Below, one piece after another: positions 52,654 to 63,922 of a stretch of DNA of 64,000 nt. Location of the stretch: assembly GCA_963786955.1 (NCBI GenBank), contig CAWBAT010000003.1, positions 160,001 to 224,000 of the forward strand, read 5' to 3'. Below the pieces are notes generated by a model. The model was not told the DNA's origin. It did no database searches and saw only the letters and a program-made list of their open reading frames with translations. Within the stretch, counting starts at the first letter, position 1. The number at the start of each line of letters is the position of its first letter. This stretch comes from an uncultured Acidimicrobiia bacterium (lineage in GTDB: Bacteria > Acidobacteriota > Terriglobia > Versatilivoradales > Versatilivoraceae). The position numbers and the translations under genes are program-made.

Positions 52654-52875
52654 GAGATTCTCCTATTTGAGGTGGGGAAGAGCGAGATCTATGCCAATGA
52701 ACCCTATTGAATGAAAAAGAGCTGGATCTCTTCGATTTCTTTCTCCGATAGCCACAAAGAGGCATCGCATGGATTGCAAAGACCCGTGCCAGTCGGAAAT
52801 TTAAGGGGCCGAAATCTGGAGATCACTCGTCTTCTTGGCGATGTGCGGGCCCGGATTTTCACCCGAGTTCAATCC

Positions 52876-53082
52876 CTAATGGGATTCGCCTTTTACTCTC
52901 GTTAGCCGGAATGCCCAAATTGACATCAAGATCGCTCCTGCAAAAGGGAGCCAGGAGACCCAGACCGGAATGGTCCAAGAGTCAACTTGAACCGGTAAGG
53001 CGAAAACCAGCCGAAATAAATGGGCCATGGCAAAAAACAGGAAGAGGAAGCAGGTGAGACTCAAATAGGATTTGCTAGTCAT
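52876..53082 (-). CDS. Small two-TM membrane protein
   Basis: GGAGG RBS; FAMAHLFRL and IPVWVSW. Confidence 0.65.
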   Translation of the reverse strand: MTSKSYLSLTCFLFLFFAMAHLFRLVFALPVQVDSWTIPVWVSWLPFAGAILMSIWAFRLTRVKGESH

Positions 53083-53121
53083 GATGTGACCTCCTTTTTG
53101 ATCTTCTTCCAATGAGTTTGA

Positions 53122-53137
53122 TGCAATCGATTGGCCA
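53122..53137 (-). promoter_or_regulatory. Putative sigma54 promoter
   Basis: Minus strand TGGCCAATCGATTGCA, GG-N10-GC, 40 bp upstream of the ATG at 53082. Confidence 0.55.
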
Positions 53138-53334
53138 TGAGTTTTAATGGCAGGTGGAAACTTCCGCAGTCACTGTTCAAACAAACATGGGATCTGCCGA
53201 TGGCCCCAAGGGAATAACCCCACTAACTGCGCGAATCAATGGGTGAAAAACACCGAACTGCGGCGGTTTCCCCAGTCTAAACCAGACTTTTTCCCTGAAC
53301 TGGATGGGGCAAGTTTCCAGGAAGGGACTGCCTC

Positions 53335-54498
53335 TCAGATTGGGATGAAAGCTCCGTGAAACAGCTGGGCGAGCCTACCGGAATCTTCCTGTTTTGTGAA
53401 AAGTGTCAAACGCAAGGGCGACGTATCCACTCCGAGTATCTCAACTCCGTTGTGTCTTGCTAGAGTTAAGGCGCGAGTGACTTCGCTCGCCTGCCCTAAA
53501 CTGGTTCCCACGACAGAAACAGCGGCAAAATCTTCCTCTGTTTGTAAGCGAGAAGCGAATCGGGCTTGCAATGAAAGCCGTAAAGCTGGCCAGTCGGGAA
53601 GGTCATCGCGGCTGAAAATGGCGACCGAGCTCGCTTGATCGTCGATAAGTCTCCACAAAGAGACACCGGCCTCCGCCAGGGGTTCTCCCAAGTATGATGC
53701 AGACTCTGAGAGACGCAACCTGACCAGATTTCTGGCGATCGCAACACCGCAAGCATTCTGACCACTGGCCGCGGCGCCCACGCGTGTTCCCCCGCCGTCC
53801 GCATGAGCGGAGCGCGCTTGGATTTGGATCCCGGCTTTTCGAGCCCACTCAACGGCCTGAGCGTTCAACACCTTGGCGCCGTGTTCAGCCAGTTCCTGCA
53901 TTTCGTCGTAAGAGATCTGGTCTAAGCGACGAGCGGCTTCAACAACGCGAGGGTCTGCGGTGTACACGCCATCCACGTCAGAGCAAATCTCGCAAAACGA
54001 GGCGTTCAAAGCAGCTGCCAGCGCCACGGCGGTTGTGTCAGAACCACCGCGGCCGAGTGTGGTAATTTCCCGTTTATAAGACATGCCCTGGAATCCCGCC
54101 ACAATCACGATTTTGTTGCGCTCCAATTCGTCTTGAATGCGAACGGGGCGGACCTCGATAATCCGGGCGCCGGAATGCCGGTCGTTGGTAATAATGCCCG
54201 ACTGCGACCCCGTAAAAGAGATGGCTTCTTGTCCACGCTTTTGAATAGCCATCGCCAATAGGGCCATCGAAATTCTTTCGCCAGTAGACAAGAGCATATC
54301 GAGCTCCCGTCGCGGCGGCGAATCTGTGACCTGATGCGCTAGAGTGATCAGGTCATCGGTTGTCCTGCCCATAGCCGATACGACCACACATACCCGCTTC
54401 CCCTCTTGCGCCGTCCTGACAACGCGGTCAGCGACCCGCTCCAGCCGGGGGACATCTGCCACCGAACTGCCTCCATATTTTTGAACAATGATTTCCAT
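53335..54498 (-). CDS. lysC: Aspartate kinase
   Basis: [49 protein letters not shown]. Confidence 0.92.
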   Translation of the reverse strand: MEIIVQKYGGSSVADVPRLERVADRVVRTAQEGKRVCVVVSAMGRTTDDLITLAHQVTDSPPRRELDMLLSTGERISMALLAMAIQKRGQEAISFTGSQSGIITNDRHSGARIIEVRPVRIQDELERNKIVIVAGFQGMSYKREITTLGRGGSDTTAVALAAALNASFCEICSDVDGVYTADPRVVEAARRLDQISYDEMQELAEHGAKVLNAQAVEWARKAGIQIQARSAHADGGGTRVGAAASGQNACGVAIARNLVRLRLSESASYLGEPLAEAGVSLWRLIDDQASSVAIFSRDDLPDWPALRLSLQARFASRLQTEEDFAAVSVVGTSLGQASEVTRALTLARHNGVEILGVDTSPLRLTLFTKQEDSGRLAQLFHGAFIPI

Positions 54499-54540
54499 TT
54501 GGGCTCGATATTCTCTATGAACTAATTTTTTGAAAAGGGA

Positions 54541-56412
54541 TCATGATTCGATTGATCGCTTGACTGCCGTCATCGGGGGTACCAGTCTCATCTGTCGAAT
54601 CATGTCTTGGACCCTTGGGTCGGCTCGCAGAGAGTCGTATGTTGGATACACGTTCAGGTAAGCCAGAGGACATTCCCGCTCGTTGAACGCTTTTTTGAGC
54701 CAGGTATAAGCCTCATCCGGCTTATTAAGTGCGTTATTCAAGAGTGCGAACGTCACCGAGGGAACGTGACGTTCTAGAGAAAGCTGTAGCAATTCCTCTT
54801 TGAGGAGCTCCGCTTTCTCCTGGTCTCCCATGATGGCGTAACAGTGGGCCAGAATCCCGGTTACATACGGGAGGTCCCCTGATAATGCCCTGGCTTTTTG
54901 AAAATATTGCAGTGCTTCACGGAACATTCCCAATTGCATGTAAGATCGTCCTAAGCCTGTGTAGAAATGGTAATAATTGGGATCCAGACATACGCCCTTC
55001 TGGAACTGCTCAATGGCCTGCTCGTACTCGCGTCTGTGGATCAACACAAAGCCAACGCTGCAGTTAATGAGATGAGAAAGAGGATCTACAAACAAAGCAT
55101 GCTGGATATGTTGCAGGGCCTCATCCACTCGCCCCAAAGGTAAGAGGTAGTCGGTTGCATACCAGTGTTGCGCTTCCACGTTCCCATACGAGGAAGACTC
55201 CAGAGCTTGCCAATAATGCCGCTCGGCCGCTTCCCAATCCCAGTCATAGACTGACCGCACAAAACCGAGTGCCATATGGGATTCGGGGACATGTGGATCC
55301 AACTCGATTGCCTTGAGAGCTGCGGCCCTGACTTTCGGCATGATGTCATGGGGTCGGTGCAAGCCTTTGTGTGCCAGCAAACTGAAGGATTCCGCCAATC
55401 CCCCATAGGCTGCTGCATAATCTGGGTCTACCTCAGTAGCTTGATGAAAGAATTCTATAGATTTCTTGATTCCTTCTTCTGTTCGTTTGCGGCAGTAAAA
55501 CCGCCCTTTGAGATAAATATGATAGGCATCTAAATTCAGACTGGCACGGGGCAAAGAAGAACCGCCCGGCTGGTAGAGGTGCCTCAGAGTATTCACAATC
55601 GTATTGGAAATCTCATCCTGAATAGCAAAAACGTCTTTCATCTCTCTTTCGAAGGTTTTCGACAAAAGATGGTAGCCATCCGCGGCGTTGATGAGTTGGG
55701 CCGTGATCCGAAGTCGGTCACCGGCTTTCCGTACACTCCCTTCCAAAACCGTCTGAACATTCAGTTGTTCGCCCAATTTTCGGACATCGTAGGCTTTCCC
55801 TTTGAATTGAAAAACTGAGGTGCGTGCGACAACGCTCATACCCTCAACTTTACCCAGAGCGTGAATTATTTCTTCAGTCAACCCATCGCTAAAGTATTCG
55901 TTCTCACTGTCGGAGCTCAAATTCACGAAGGGCAATACGGCGATGGTTTTCAAATGGGGCTTCGGTGCGTGCGACAAAGGATGTGCCGTTTGCACTCCTG
56001 GTAAGTCCTGTACGTTTGCCTCGAAACAAGGGATATAGCTTCCTTTGGGCAGATTGAAACGGATGGGATCGGTCCCACCCTCAACCTCATAGTACTCTTT
56101 GAGTTTCAGGCGAAGGCGCCGAGCCTCGCCGCGCACCACCGGATCGGTTCTGGGGTCGAAAGATTCCCCACGGTCAAAGACCTCTATCCCGATCGAGTAT
56201 TCCTTGAGCCGGTCTCCATGCCCCCCCAAAGTCTGTTCAACAATAAATTTCAGGAAGCGGCTCATCCGTTCTGACCGGATGAACCCCGCACTGGCCATAA
56301 CCTTTCTGAGCTGCTTTTGGATTGCTTCGTCACTGAGCGCTGCCCCACGGCTTGAACTCGATGACTTATCCGCGGGCTCAGGGCCTTCGAATTGGGTATC
56401 AGGCTTTGGCAT
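54541..56412 (-). CDS. TolB-like N-domain / TPR protein with N-terminal putative DNA-binding domain
   Basis: FDPRTDPVVRGEARRLRLKLKEYY; IAVLPFVNLS...YFSDGLTEEII; VLEGSVRK; TPRs; LRADPR. Confidence 0.85.
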   Translation of the reverse strand: MPKPDTQFEGPEPADKSSSSSRGAALSDEAIQKQLRKVMASAGFIRSERMSRFLKFIVEQTLGGHGDRLKEYSIGIEVFDRGESFDPRTDPVVRGEARRLRLKLKEYYEVEGGTDPIRFNLPKGSYIPCFEANVQDLPGVQTAHPLSHAPKPHLKTIAVLPFVNLSSDSENEYFSDGLTEEIIHALGKVEGMSVVARTSVFQFKGKAYDVRKLGEQLNVQTVLEGSVRKAGDRLRITAQLINAADGYHLLSKTFEREMKDVFAIQDEISNTIVNTLRHLYQPGGSSLPRASLNLDAYHIYLKGRFYCRKRTEEGIKKSIEFFHQATEVDPDYAAAYGGLAESFSLLAHKGLHRPHDIMPKVRAAALKAIELDPHVPESHMALGFVRSVYDWDWEAAERHYWQALESSSYGNVEAQHWYATDYLLPLGRVDEALQHIQHALFVDPLSHLINCSVGFVLIHRREYEQAIEQFQKGVCLDPNYYHFYTGLGRSYMQLGMFREALQYFQKARALSGDLPYVTGILAHCYAIMGDQEKAELLKEELLQLSLERHVPSVTFALLNNALNKPDEAYTWLKKAFNERECPLAYLNVYPTYDSLRADPRVQDMIRQMRLVPPMTAVKRSIES

Positions 56413-56622
56413 TTCTGTTTTCCCCCGATTCTCTCTCTATTCACTTTAACTTAGTTATCCAGATGGATTCAAGCTTCTCACTACCGTGTCACACCGTGCA
56501 ATTACCGGGTCACACTTACTTGACTTCAATTTTTGAGCCAATCTAGCTGTTGAGGGCAGCGCGCGGCCTGCCCTCAAGCCCTCAATTGATGAAGGCCAGT
56601 TTTTCACAAATAGGAGATAACA

Positions 56623-58125
56623 ATGAGAAAACCAATACGAATACAAACGCATGAAGCAAAGTTACACTTTCAGTCATCTTCGAATTGTTCCCCCTCACCC
56701 GGCTCGCCGTCCGGCGGACCGCTCTCTCCCCAAGGGAGAAAGGCTGGGGGTGAGAGGACAATTGTCACAAAACTTACTGCTTCTGTATTAGTCCGATGTC
56801 TCGTGGTTATCGCTGGGGCGATGTTCCACCTCCCTTCTGCTCTGGCGGAGAGTCACGAAGTCCTAAATCCTGCCAGCGCGTCTTTGCTCGAGCGGGCTGG
56901 TGAACTCAACGGCTCAGCCGAGCGACTGAAAGCCGAAGGTCGCTATATGGAAAGTGAGCCTCTCTATCGAGAAGCGCTCGATCTCTTTCGGCAGGTCAAT
57001 AGGGAAGAAGATCCCAACACGGCTGACGCCTTAAATAATCTTGCCGAGCTCTGCCGGATCCAGAATCGATGGGAAGAGGCGAACCGCCTTTACCAGCAAG
57101 CCCTATTCATCATTGAGAAAACTTTGGGTGCTGAGCATCCCTCTGTAGCCACAACACTCAATAACTGGGGGCAACTTCTGGTCGCGAAAGCAGACTATGA
57201 AAAGGCCGAACCGGCCTATCTCAAATCATTGAAGATCTGGAAAATGACTTTGGGACCCAAACACCCCTATGTGGCAACAGGGTTAAATAATCTGGCTGAA
57301 ATGTATCGAATCCAGGGACGCTACAAAGAGGCAGAGTCGCTCTACAAACAGTCCTTGGAAATCCGCAAGGAATCCCCTGAGCTCGACGAAACCGCGACGG
57401 CGGCTACACTCAATAACTTGGGGCTGTTGTATTTTCATCTAGGCCAATATGGTCAAAGTGAACGGTTGCTCCGCCAGGCACTCACCATACGAGAAAGACT
57501 GCTCGGTCGGTGCCATCCCGATGTTGCCTCCAGCTTGAGCAATTTGGCGGAACTGCTTCGAGTTCAGAACCGGCATACCCGTCCAGAGCCACTTTACCGG
57601 AGAGCCCTGCAGATTTGGGAAATGACCTTGGGACAAGACGATCCCAAAGTAGCGCTCTGCCTTTCCAATCTAGCCGCCTGGTACCTGGGTGAAGGAAAGG
57701 CAGGGAAAGCCATCCCCTTGTTGGAGCGGTCCCGTTCGATTCGGGAGAGAGTACTGGGACCCGATCACCCGGAGGTAGCGGGTAGTTTAAGCACCCTGGC
57801 TGCCGCCTATTATTCTTTCCGGCAAACAGTCCAAGCAGAGCAGCTCCTCGTCCGCGCGTTGGCCATCCGGGAGAAAGCGTTGGGTCCGAATCATCCCGAT
57901 GTAGCCCGGAACCAGGTTTCTCTTGCCACGATCTATTGTGGCCAACACCGTTACACCGAAGCGCAGGAATTACTGCAGCAGGCCACATCCAATTTGGAAA
58001 AAAGTTTGACTGCCGATAACCCTGAAGCCAGAGCGTGTCTGCAGCAATATGCCGCGGTACTTCGTAAGACCCATCAAAGTGGTGACACCGGGACCATGAA
58101 TGGAATGGCTAAAACCTTACGATGA
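56623..58125 (+). CDS. Kinesin-light-chain-type TPR repeat protein
   Basis: About nine 42-aa repeats HPxVAxxLNNLAxxY..QG.Y.EAE.LY..AL.I; AGGAG RBS before the ATG at 56623. Confidence 0.9.
   Translation: MRKPIRIQTHEAKLHFQSSSNCSPSPGSPSGGPLSPQGRKAGGERTIVTKLTASVLVRCLVVIAGAMFHLPSALAESHEVLNPASASLLERAGELNGSAERLKAEGRYMESEPLYREALDLFRQVNREEDPNTADALNNLAELCRIQNRWEEANRLYQQALFIIEKTLGAEHPSVATTLNNWGQLLVAKADYEKAEPAYLKSLKIWKMTLGPKHPYVATGLNNLAEMYRIQGRYKEAESLYKQSLEIRKESPELDETATAATLNNLGLLYFHLGQYGQSERLLRQALTIRERLLGRCHPDVASSLSNLAELLRVQNRHTRPEPLYRRALQIWEMTLGQDDPKVALCLSNLAAWYLGEGKAGKAIPLLERSRSIRERVLGPDHPEVAGSLSTLAAAYYSFRQTVQAEQLLVRALAIREKALGPNHPDVARNQVSLATIYCGQHRYTEAQELLQQATSNLEKSLTADNPEARACLQQYAAVLRKTHQSGDTGTMNGMAKTLR
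56683..56763. repeat. REP-like palindromic element within the 5' part of the TPR ORF
   Basis: aattgttccccctcaccc...ctctccccaagggaga...gggtgagaggacaatt with inverted ends. Confidence 0.6.
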
Positions 58126-58453
58126 GAGATTCCCAAACCAAGAGATATGGGCTGAGAGGGCTATTCGACTCGGACGATACCTTGCTGCTGGCAGGAACTG
58201 TTTTCACCAAACGGACCACCGCTATGCGGCTCACTTTTTCATGCATTTGATTATCCCTTGGCTCGCTCTAGAAACAGTCCTTTGCAGCTTATTTCCAAAG
58301 CCTCTCCCCGCAGATGACGCAGATTCCGCAAGAAAACCATTTGACGGAGAATCGGCGCCATCTGTGGGTGAATAGTTTTCTTAGTGGTTAAACGATTGGG
58401 GGGTTATCACTAGTGCCTTGACTTAGCTCTAGATCCGTTCAACTGCTATGGCC

Positions 58454-60060
58454 TTAGCTGATTGAGGTGAGCTGCCGCCCTCGATTCGCTTCGTCCAGGA
58501 GGCGGAGACCTTCCAGGATAAGCTGGGTGTTGCTGCAGCCGATCTGCTCACCGAAAGGTTGGGGTGAAGATTGGAATTCAAAGCGGGCTTTCTGGATGTT
58601 GAGTATTTCAAAGAAAGCCATCTCCGCTCTTTTCCCTTGGTAGATCGCATCTACGATCCTTCCTAAATTGAAGAAGACGATTCCTAGGTGGCCCTCGGCA
58701 CTCAAGACCAATTTCCCACTCTTTCGCCCGTTAGCCAGGATCTGGAGAACATCGAGCAACTCAATCTCTGAGAGATCGCCACGGAAGGCGGCGCTGTCCC
58801 GTTTGAGCTGTCAAAAGCCCCTGGGGATTTTGTGGTTTCAGCTTCATTGAGAGATTGCGTCGTCCAGAGTGTTGGGCTGAGAGTGGCCTCAATGACTCCG
58901 ATGCCCACCGTGACAGGCTTTCCCGAGTCTGTCGTGATGGTATTCTCTACAATCTGTTTGATATTATTCATGATCTGCTGGGCCCGTTCTTTCGGGACGT
59001 TAGGCAAAATCATGCCGAATTCTTCGTTCCCGGTTCTCCCCACCACGCTTCCCTTGCGTACATGCGTCTTGACCAGAAATCCTACCTTGTGAAGAACTGT
59101 TTCAGCGGCGGTCTGGCCCTGGGTCATGACGATATCCTGGAAATCATTGACGTAGAGCAGACCGAGACAGAGCGGGTAATTTTGCTGATTGGCATTGCGC
59201 ATTTCTACCGCTAGCCTTTCTTCGAAAAACTGAGGGGATTCCAGGCCGGTGAGCTGATCTTTCAGTTCCCGAGTCTGGGCCTCGTTGAAATGCCGGGCAT
59301 TCTGAAGTGCCACTGCGGTATGTCCGGCAACTGTTGACGAGCAAGGAAATTTCTTCTGGCGTTCCAGGAATTCTCTTCCTGGCAGCTGTGAATCATAATC
59401 ATGCCGATTTGGGTGGATTTGTAGATTAAGGGACAGACGAGAATCGAATTGAACAGAAAAAAATTCCAAAATTTCTCGTTGAAAGCAAACAATGGAGAAG
59501 TTTGAATTTTCTCAAACGAGATGGTGTCTTTAGCTTCCGAAATCAACTGCCAGAGGATCGTATTCAGCTTTCAATTTTTCCCAAGGGCATGGAGAGATTG
59601 TTTTTCGGCAGAGACGTATGTTGGGTCTCTTCCCATTCGCTCGGACTCGGGCACCCAGATCAAGCAACGATCTCCCGAATCGTTTTTAGAAGGCCGGAGG
59701 TCGAAACCTCCAAGACATCTTGATAATCCCGGGTGTCATAAATCTCGCGAACGATTGAGTCGATCCTGGCAATGAATTCCCTTTTGTGAAGATCGGGCTG
59801 AATTCCGTTTGTTGGATTCGGTCGGTCGCCAATTCTGTGCGGATCTCATTCATTTCATTCTCAAGTTGGCTGACTTGCTCCGATTTTCCCGTATCCCGAT
59901 AAATTTTTTGCAGGGTTTCCTTGGCAGGCAGGTACCTGGGATGCTTCTTGTTGAGGGTGCTCAAGATCTCAACCGCTTGGGAATAACACTCATACTTTAC
60001 GGCAATCTCGGCGAGAATCATTGCATCGAGAATTTCCGGATCTACAGTTTGAGTAGCCAT
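58454..60060 (-). CDS. TPR-like / GAF-like / degenerate GGDEF / DUF4388 signalling protein, several apparent frameshifts
   Basis: HTAVALQNAR, DQLTGL, GRTGNEEFGMILP, VTVGIGV; C-terminal FRGDLSEIELLDVLQILANGRKSGKL...GRIVDA (DUF4388). Confidence 0.75.
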
Positions 60061-60187
60061 CGCTTGACCACGATTCTATTGATACAAAATTGACTCATCT
60101 ACCCCGCCGAAGTCGAAGAATCATGGGCAGGGCTCATATCTATTTCAGTTTGGTCCTCTAAACTGGTTCCAACGCTCTACATCCGAG

Positions 60188-60215
60188 ATATCGGCCAGAG
60201 CGGTTAATGGCTTTA
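60188..60215 (-). promoter_or_regulatory. Putative sigma28 (FliA/SigD) promoter
   Basis: Minus strand TAAA-N16-GCCGATAT, ~130 bp upstream of the GGDEF-like gene. Confidence 0.5.
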
Positions 60216-60468
60216 ATATGTTCATCCTTGGAGGAACTCCGGTTGCTGGCGGAGAAACGAATCTCTGGGAAATTAGAGTGCCAGTTATAGCATGGTGAAT
60301 TCAGATTTCAATTGTTTTGCGTTGCAGCGGTCTTGTCGCTCAGATGGTTTCAACAAAACGTGTCGAAATGCTCCGGCCTGCGTCCGTCAAACGCAAACCT
60401 ACACGCAGATGTCCGGCGATATACCGGGTCGATCGCTCCATGTGCCGATGCCTCCGAACCTGACTCGT

Positions 60469-61030
60469 TTACTTTGGGTGAGAGGCAATAAAGTTCAAGG
60501 CGAAATTTTTGAGGGTTGGGCTGGTGAGTCCGATCCGGGTAGCTTCATCGAGGGCCCTCTCTTTGGGCCAGCCTTGTTCTAAGACTCTGTAGATCATCCA
60601 GAAAGCGCCCACCCGATTGGCGCTGGCGCAATGAATGAGCATAGGCTGGAAGGACTTGTTTTTCACCACCGTCAGAAATTCAGTGACTTGTCCAGGGGTG
60701 GGAGCACTCGGAAATGACCGGGATATTGAGGTATCGTAGGCCGGCTTTTTCAACGGCATTCTTCTCTTCCTCAAGGTTAACTCCCTCCTGAGCGGTGCGG
60801 AGATTTAATACGGACCGAAAACCGTCGGACGCAAGTTTTGCATAGGCGTTGATGGAGGGTTGGCCCCCGGTCGCGAAATTCGGTCCCACACACAAGACAT
60901 GGGGGATGTCTTCCTTTAGGGTCTGTTCCAACTCTGCCATTCTTTTTTGTTCTTGCGGTGAATCTTCTGCATAGACAGGACATGGAATGGGCAAGATCAA
61001 TGTAAGCAATACGATCGCAAGTCGGATCAT
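60469..61030 (-). CDS. Exported protein-tyrosine-phosphatase-like (DUF442/Blh-type) protein, frameshift near 60700-60715
   Basis: ATGGQP, VLNLR, YLNIPV, and catalytic loop HCASANR (CX5R). Confidence 0.82.
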
Positions 61031-61216
61031 GAGGCCTCCTTTGCCGATGACATGATACCTTTGAAAAACCACAGAGCGCGCGGGGCAACTACCCCTGCCA
61101 TTTCGAACCACCATTCAATTCCCTCTGATTTGAAGATAACACTTTCCTCTTGAAAATCCACTTGATAGGGGACCTTCAACGGAGTAGATTCAACATTCTT
61201 TTTCTCGAGGAATATT

Positions 61217-62343
61217 ATGTCCCGTTCTGATATCAACCTCCAATCACGTTGTACTCAGCTCGAAAATGCCCTTGATTTCGCACAATGCCAGCTCAAGAAT
61301 TTAATCGAGGGACAACCCGATTTCTTTCCAATGTACACAGTAAATGGAAAGTGGCGGCACGGAGGGGAATATTGGACAAACTGGTGCGAGGGATTCCTAC
61401 CGGGGATTCTTTGGATTCTCTTCCAACTCACTGGAAATCGTTATTGGCGAAACAAGGCGGAGCATTACAGCCTGCTATTGGAATCACGCAAAAATGACCG
61501 GAACGTCCACGACCTCGGATTTGTTTTCCATTCATCTTACGGCCGCTGGTACGGTCTAACTCAGGATCCGGAATTGCGGGAAACCTTGATTCAGGCCGGC
61601 CGGACGCTGGCGTTGCGCTTCCAGCCGAAAGGCCAGTACCTCTGTTCTTTCTTGGGAACGGAGTCTCTGTTCATTGACATCATGATGAATGTGGGGATTA
61701 TCTTTTGGGTAGCGGAAAAAACCCAGGATGATCGTCTTTGGGATATTGCCACCTGCCATTGCCGGACCTCTCAACAGTACCTCGTTCATTCTGACGGAAG
61801 CACGGTTCACGAAGCGATCTTCGATCCCGCTCGAGGAGTCTTTCTGCGTGAAAGTACTCAGCAGGGGCTTCGCCCCAATTCCTGTTGGTCACGAGGATTG
61901 TGTTGGGCGTTATACGGGTTTGGCACAGCCTACCAATTCACGCCGCGACCCTTCCTTTCTGGAAACAGCCGAACTCTGCGCGGGCTATTATCTCCGCCAT
62001 GTTCTAGAAGACTGGGTTCCCTATTGGGATTTCCATGTACCCGCAGGTCCAGATTCCCTCTGGGACAGTTCCGCCGCTGCTATTGCGGCTTCCGGATTGT
62101 GGAACTTAGCGGCACTACTCTCCAGATCGGGAGAAGTCACACCAATATCGCAATGCCGCCTTTGAAATCCTGGATAGACTGACGTCGGCTCAGTTTCTAG
62201 CGCGTGGCCACGCAGGTCAAGAGGGCATCCTTCTTCACGGCGTTTACCATTATCATAAGAAGTTAGGCGTCGATGAGTCGGTCATGTGGGGAGAACATTT
62301 CTTGATGGAAGCGTTGCAAAAAGCGCTCAATGCGTTACGGTAA
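61217..62343 (+). CDS. GH88 unsaturated glucuronyl hydrolase family, frameshifted near the 3' end
   Basis: WCEGFLPG, HDLGF, IDIMMN, WSRG..WALYGF, WDSSAAAIAASG, VDESVMWGEHF. Confidence 0.88.
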
Positions 62344-62451
62344 CGACATAATAGGGTCAAGGATCAAGCTGCAACGGTCAAGGATCGAGGCGCGAGGAAG
62401 CTAGATTTTATTCCTCTAAGAGCATGTTGTGCTGGTTCGCCTCCTGGCTTT

Positions 62452-63922
62452 GTGGAATCTGAGAAAGCAGTCTTGAAAAGATACTTTCATTATCAATCAC
62501 TGGAAGAGTTGGCAGCCGAAATCAAAAAGCTGCAGCTTCCCATTCCATTGGAAGGCGATCCCGAAAAGGTCAAACAAATTCTCAGCCGACCTGTCCGCGT
62601 CGGCACATTTTCCATTGGGAACTCACTGGCGATCCATCCCATGGAGGGGTGTGATGGGACGTCGGGCGGACGGCCTGATGAATTAACGTTTCGCCGTTAT
62701 GAGCGCTTTGGCCGTGGTGGAGCGAAGCTGATCTGGTTTGAAGCAACGGCGGTCGTTCCTGAGGGGCGCGCCAATCCGAGGCAGTTACTCCTCACGGAAG
62801 ACAATGCAGGGTCATTCGAAGAACTTCTCACTCATACCCGCCGGGTGCACCAAGAGATGTATCAGGATTCTGAAAATCTCCTCGAAGTCTTGCAATTAAC
62901 TCATTCCGGCCGATACAGTCATCCTCTCCCTCTCATTATTCAGCGCCATCCGGTCCTAGACGGGCTCACCTTCCTGGATCGCCGAAAATCAATCAAGATT
63001 CCCGCGGACTATCCTGTTTTGAGCGATGATTATCTGGAACAGCTGGAAGACCATTTTGTTGAAGCAGCCCGAATTGCCAAGAAAATCGGATTCAAAGCTG
63101 TCGATCTCAAACTAACCCATGGGTACCTCGGAAACGAGTTGCTCGGTGCGAGAACTCGCCCGGGAAAGTATGGAGGCTCCCTGGAGAATCGCAGCCGATT
63201 TGCGCGAAATGTTGTTTCGAAAATTCGCAGCGAGTGTGGGCCGGATTTATTGATCGCGACTCGATTGGGTGTGCACGATAGCGTGCCCTTTCGAGCTGGA
63301 TTCTCAGACTCGGTGCGGAAAACCCAGAGCCTATCCGCTTCCATACGATTATGGGTTTGGAGTTTCAAAGGAGAATCCACTGGCTCCTGACTTAAACGAA
63401 CCCCTGGATCTGATTCGAATGCTGAAGGAGCAGGGGGTGGCGCTCTTTAATATTTCCCTGGGTAATCCCTACACCAATCCGCATATCGGCCGGCCATTTG
63501 AAAAGCCAGACGAGGGAAATTACTGGCCCCCAGAACATCCACTCATTGGCGTTGCGCGACATTTCGAGATCTGCGCCCAATTGCAGCAAGCATTCCCCGC
63601 ATTGACTTTTGTTGGGACTGGATACAGTTGGCTTCAACACTTCCAAATCAATGCCGGTGCAGCCAATATTCGAGACGGGCGCGTGAGTCTGATGGGTGTC
63701 GGACGAGGAGCCCTGGCTTACCCGGAATTCGCGAGGGATGCCCTGACCAAAGGGGTGCTCGATCCCGCTCGGACTTGTAAGACCCTGACCTTCTGTACCT
63801 ACCTCATGCGCCAGAAAAATCATCCCCTTGGGCAATTTCCTACCGGGTGCCCACCCTTTGATAAAGAAGTCTATGGCCCCATTGTGAAAGAGGCGAGGAA
63901 GATTCAGAAGGGACGAACTTAG
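62452..63922 (+). CDS. NADH:flavin oxidoreductase (Old Yellow Enzyme family), frameshift near 63300
   Basis: IHPMEGCDG, LIWFEATAV..EGRANP, QLTHSGR, HGYL..ELL.ARTRPGKYGGSLENR, GVGR, C-terminal Cys cluster. Confidence 0.88.

Noticed and set aside
52775-52791. TGGCACGGGTCTTTGCA upstream of the USP gene as a sigma54 promoter
   Set aside because: GG-to-GC spacing is 11 rather than 10. It could be a homopolymer error but is unsupported as written.
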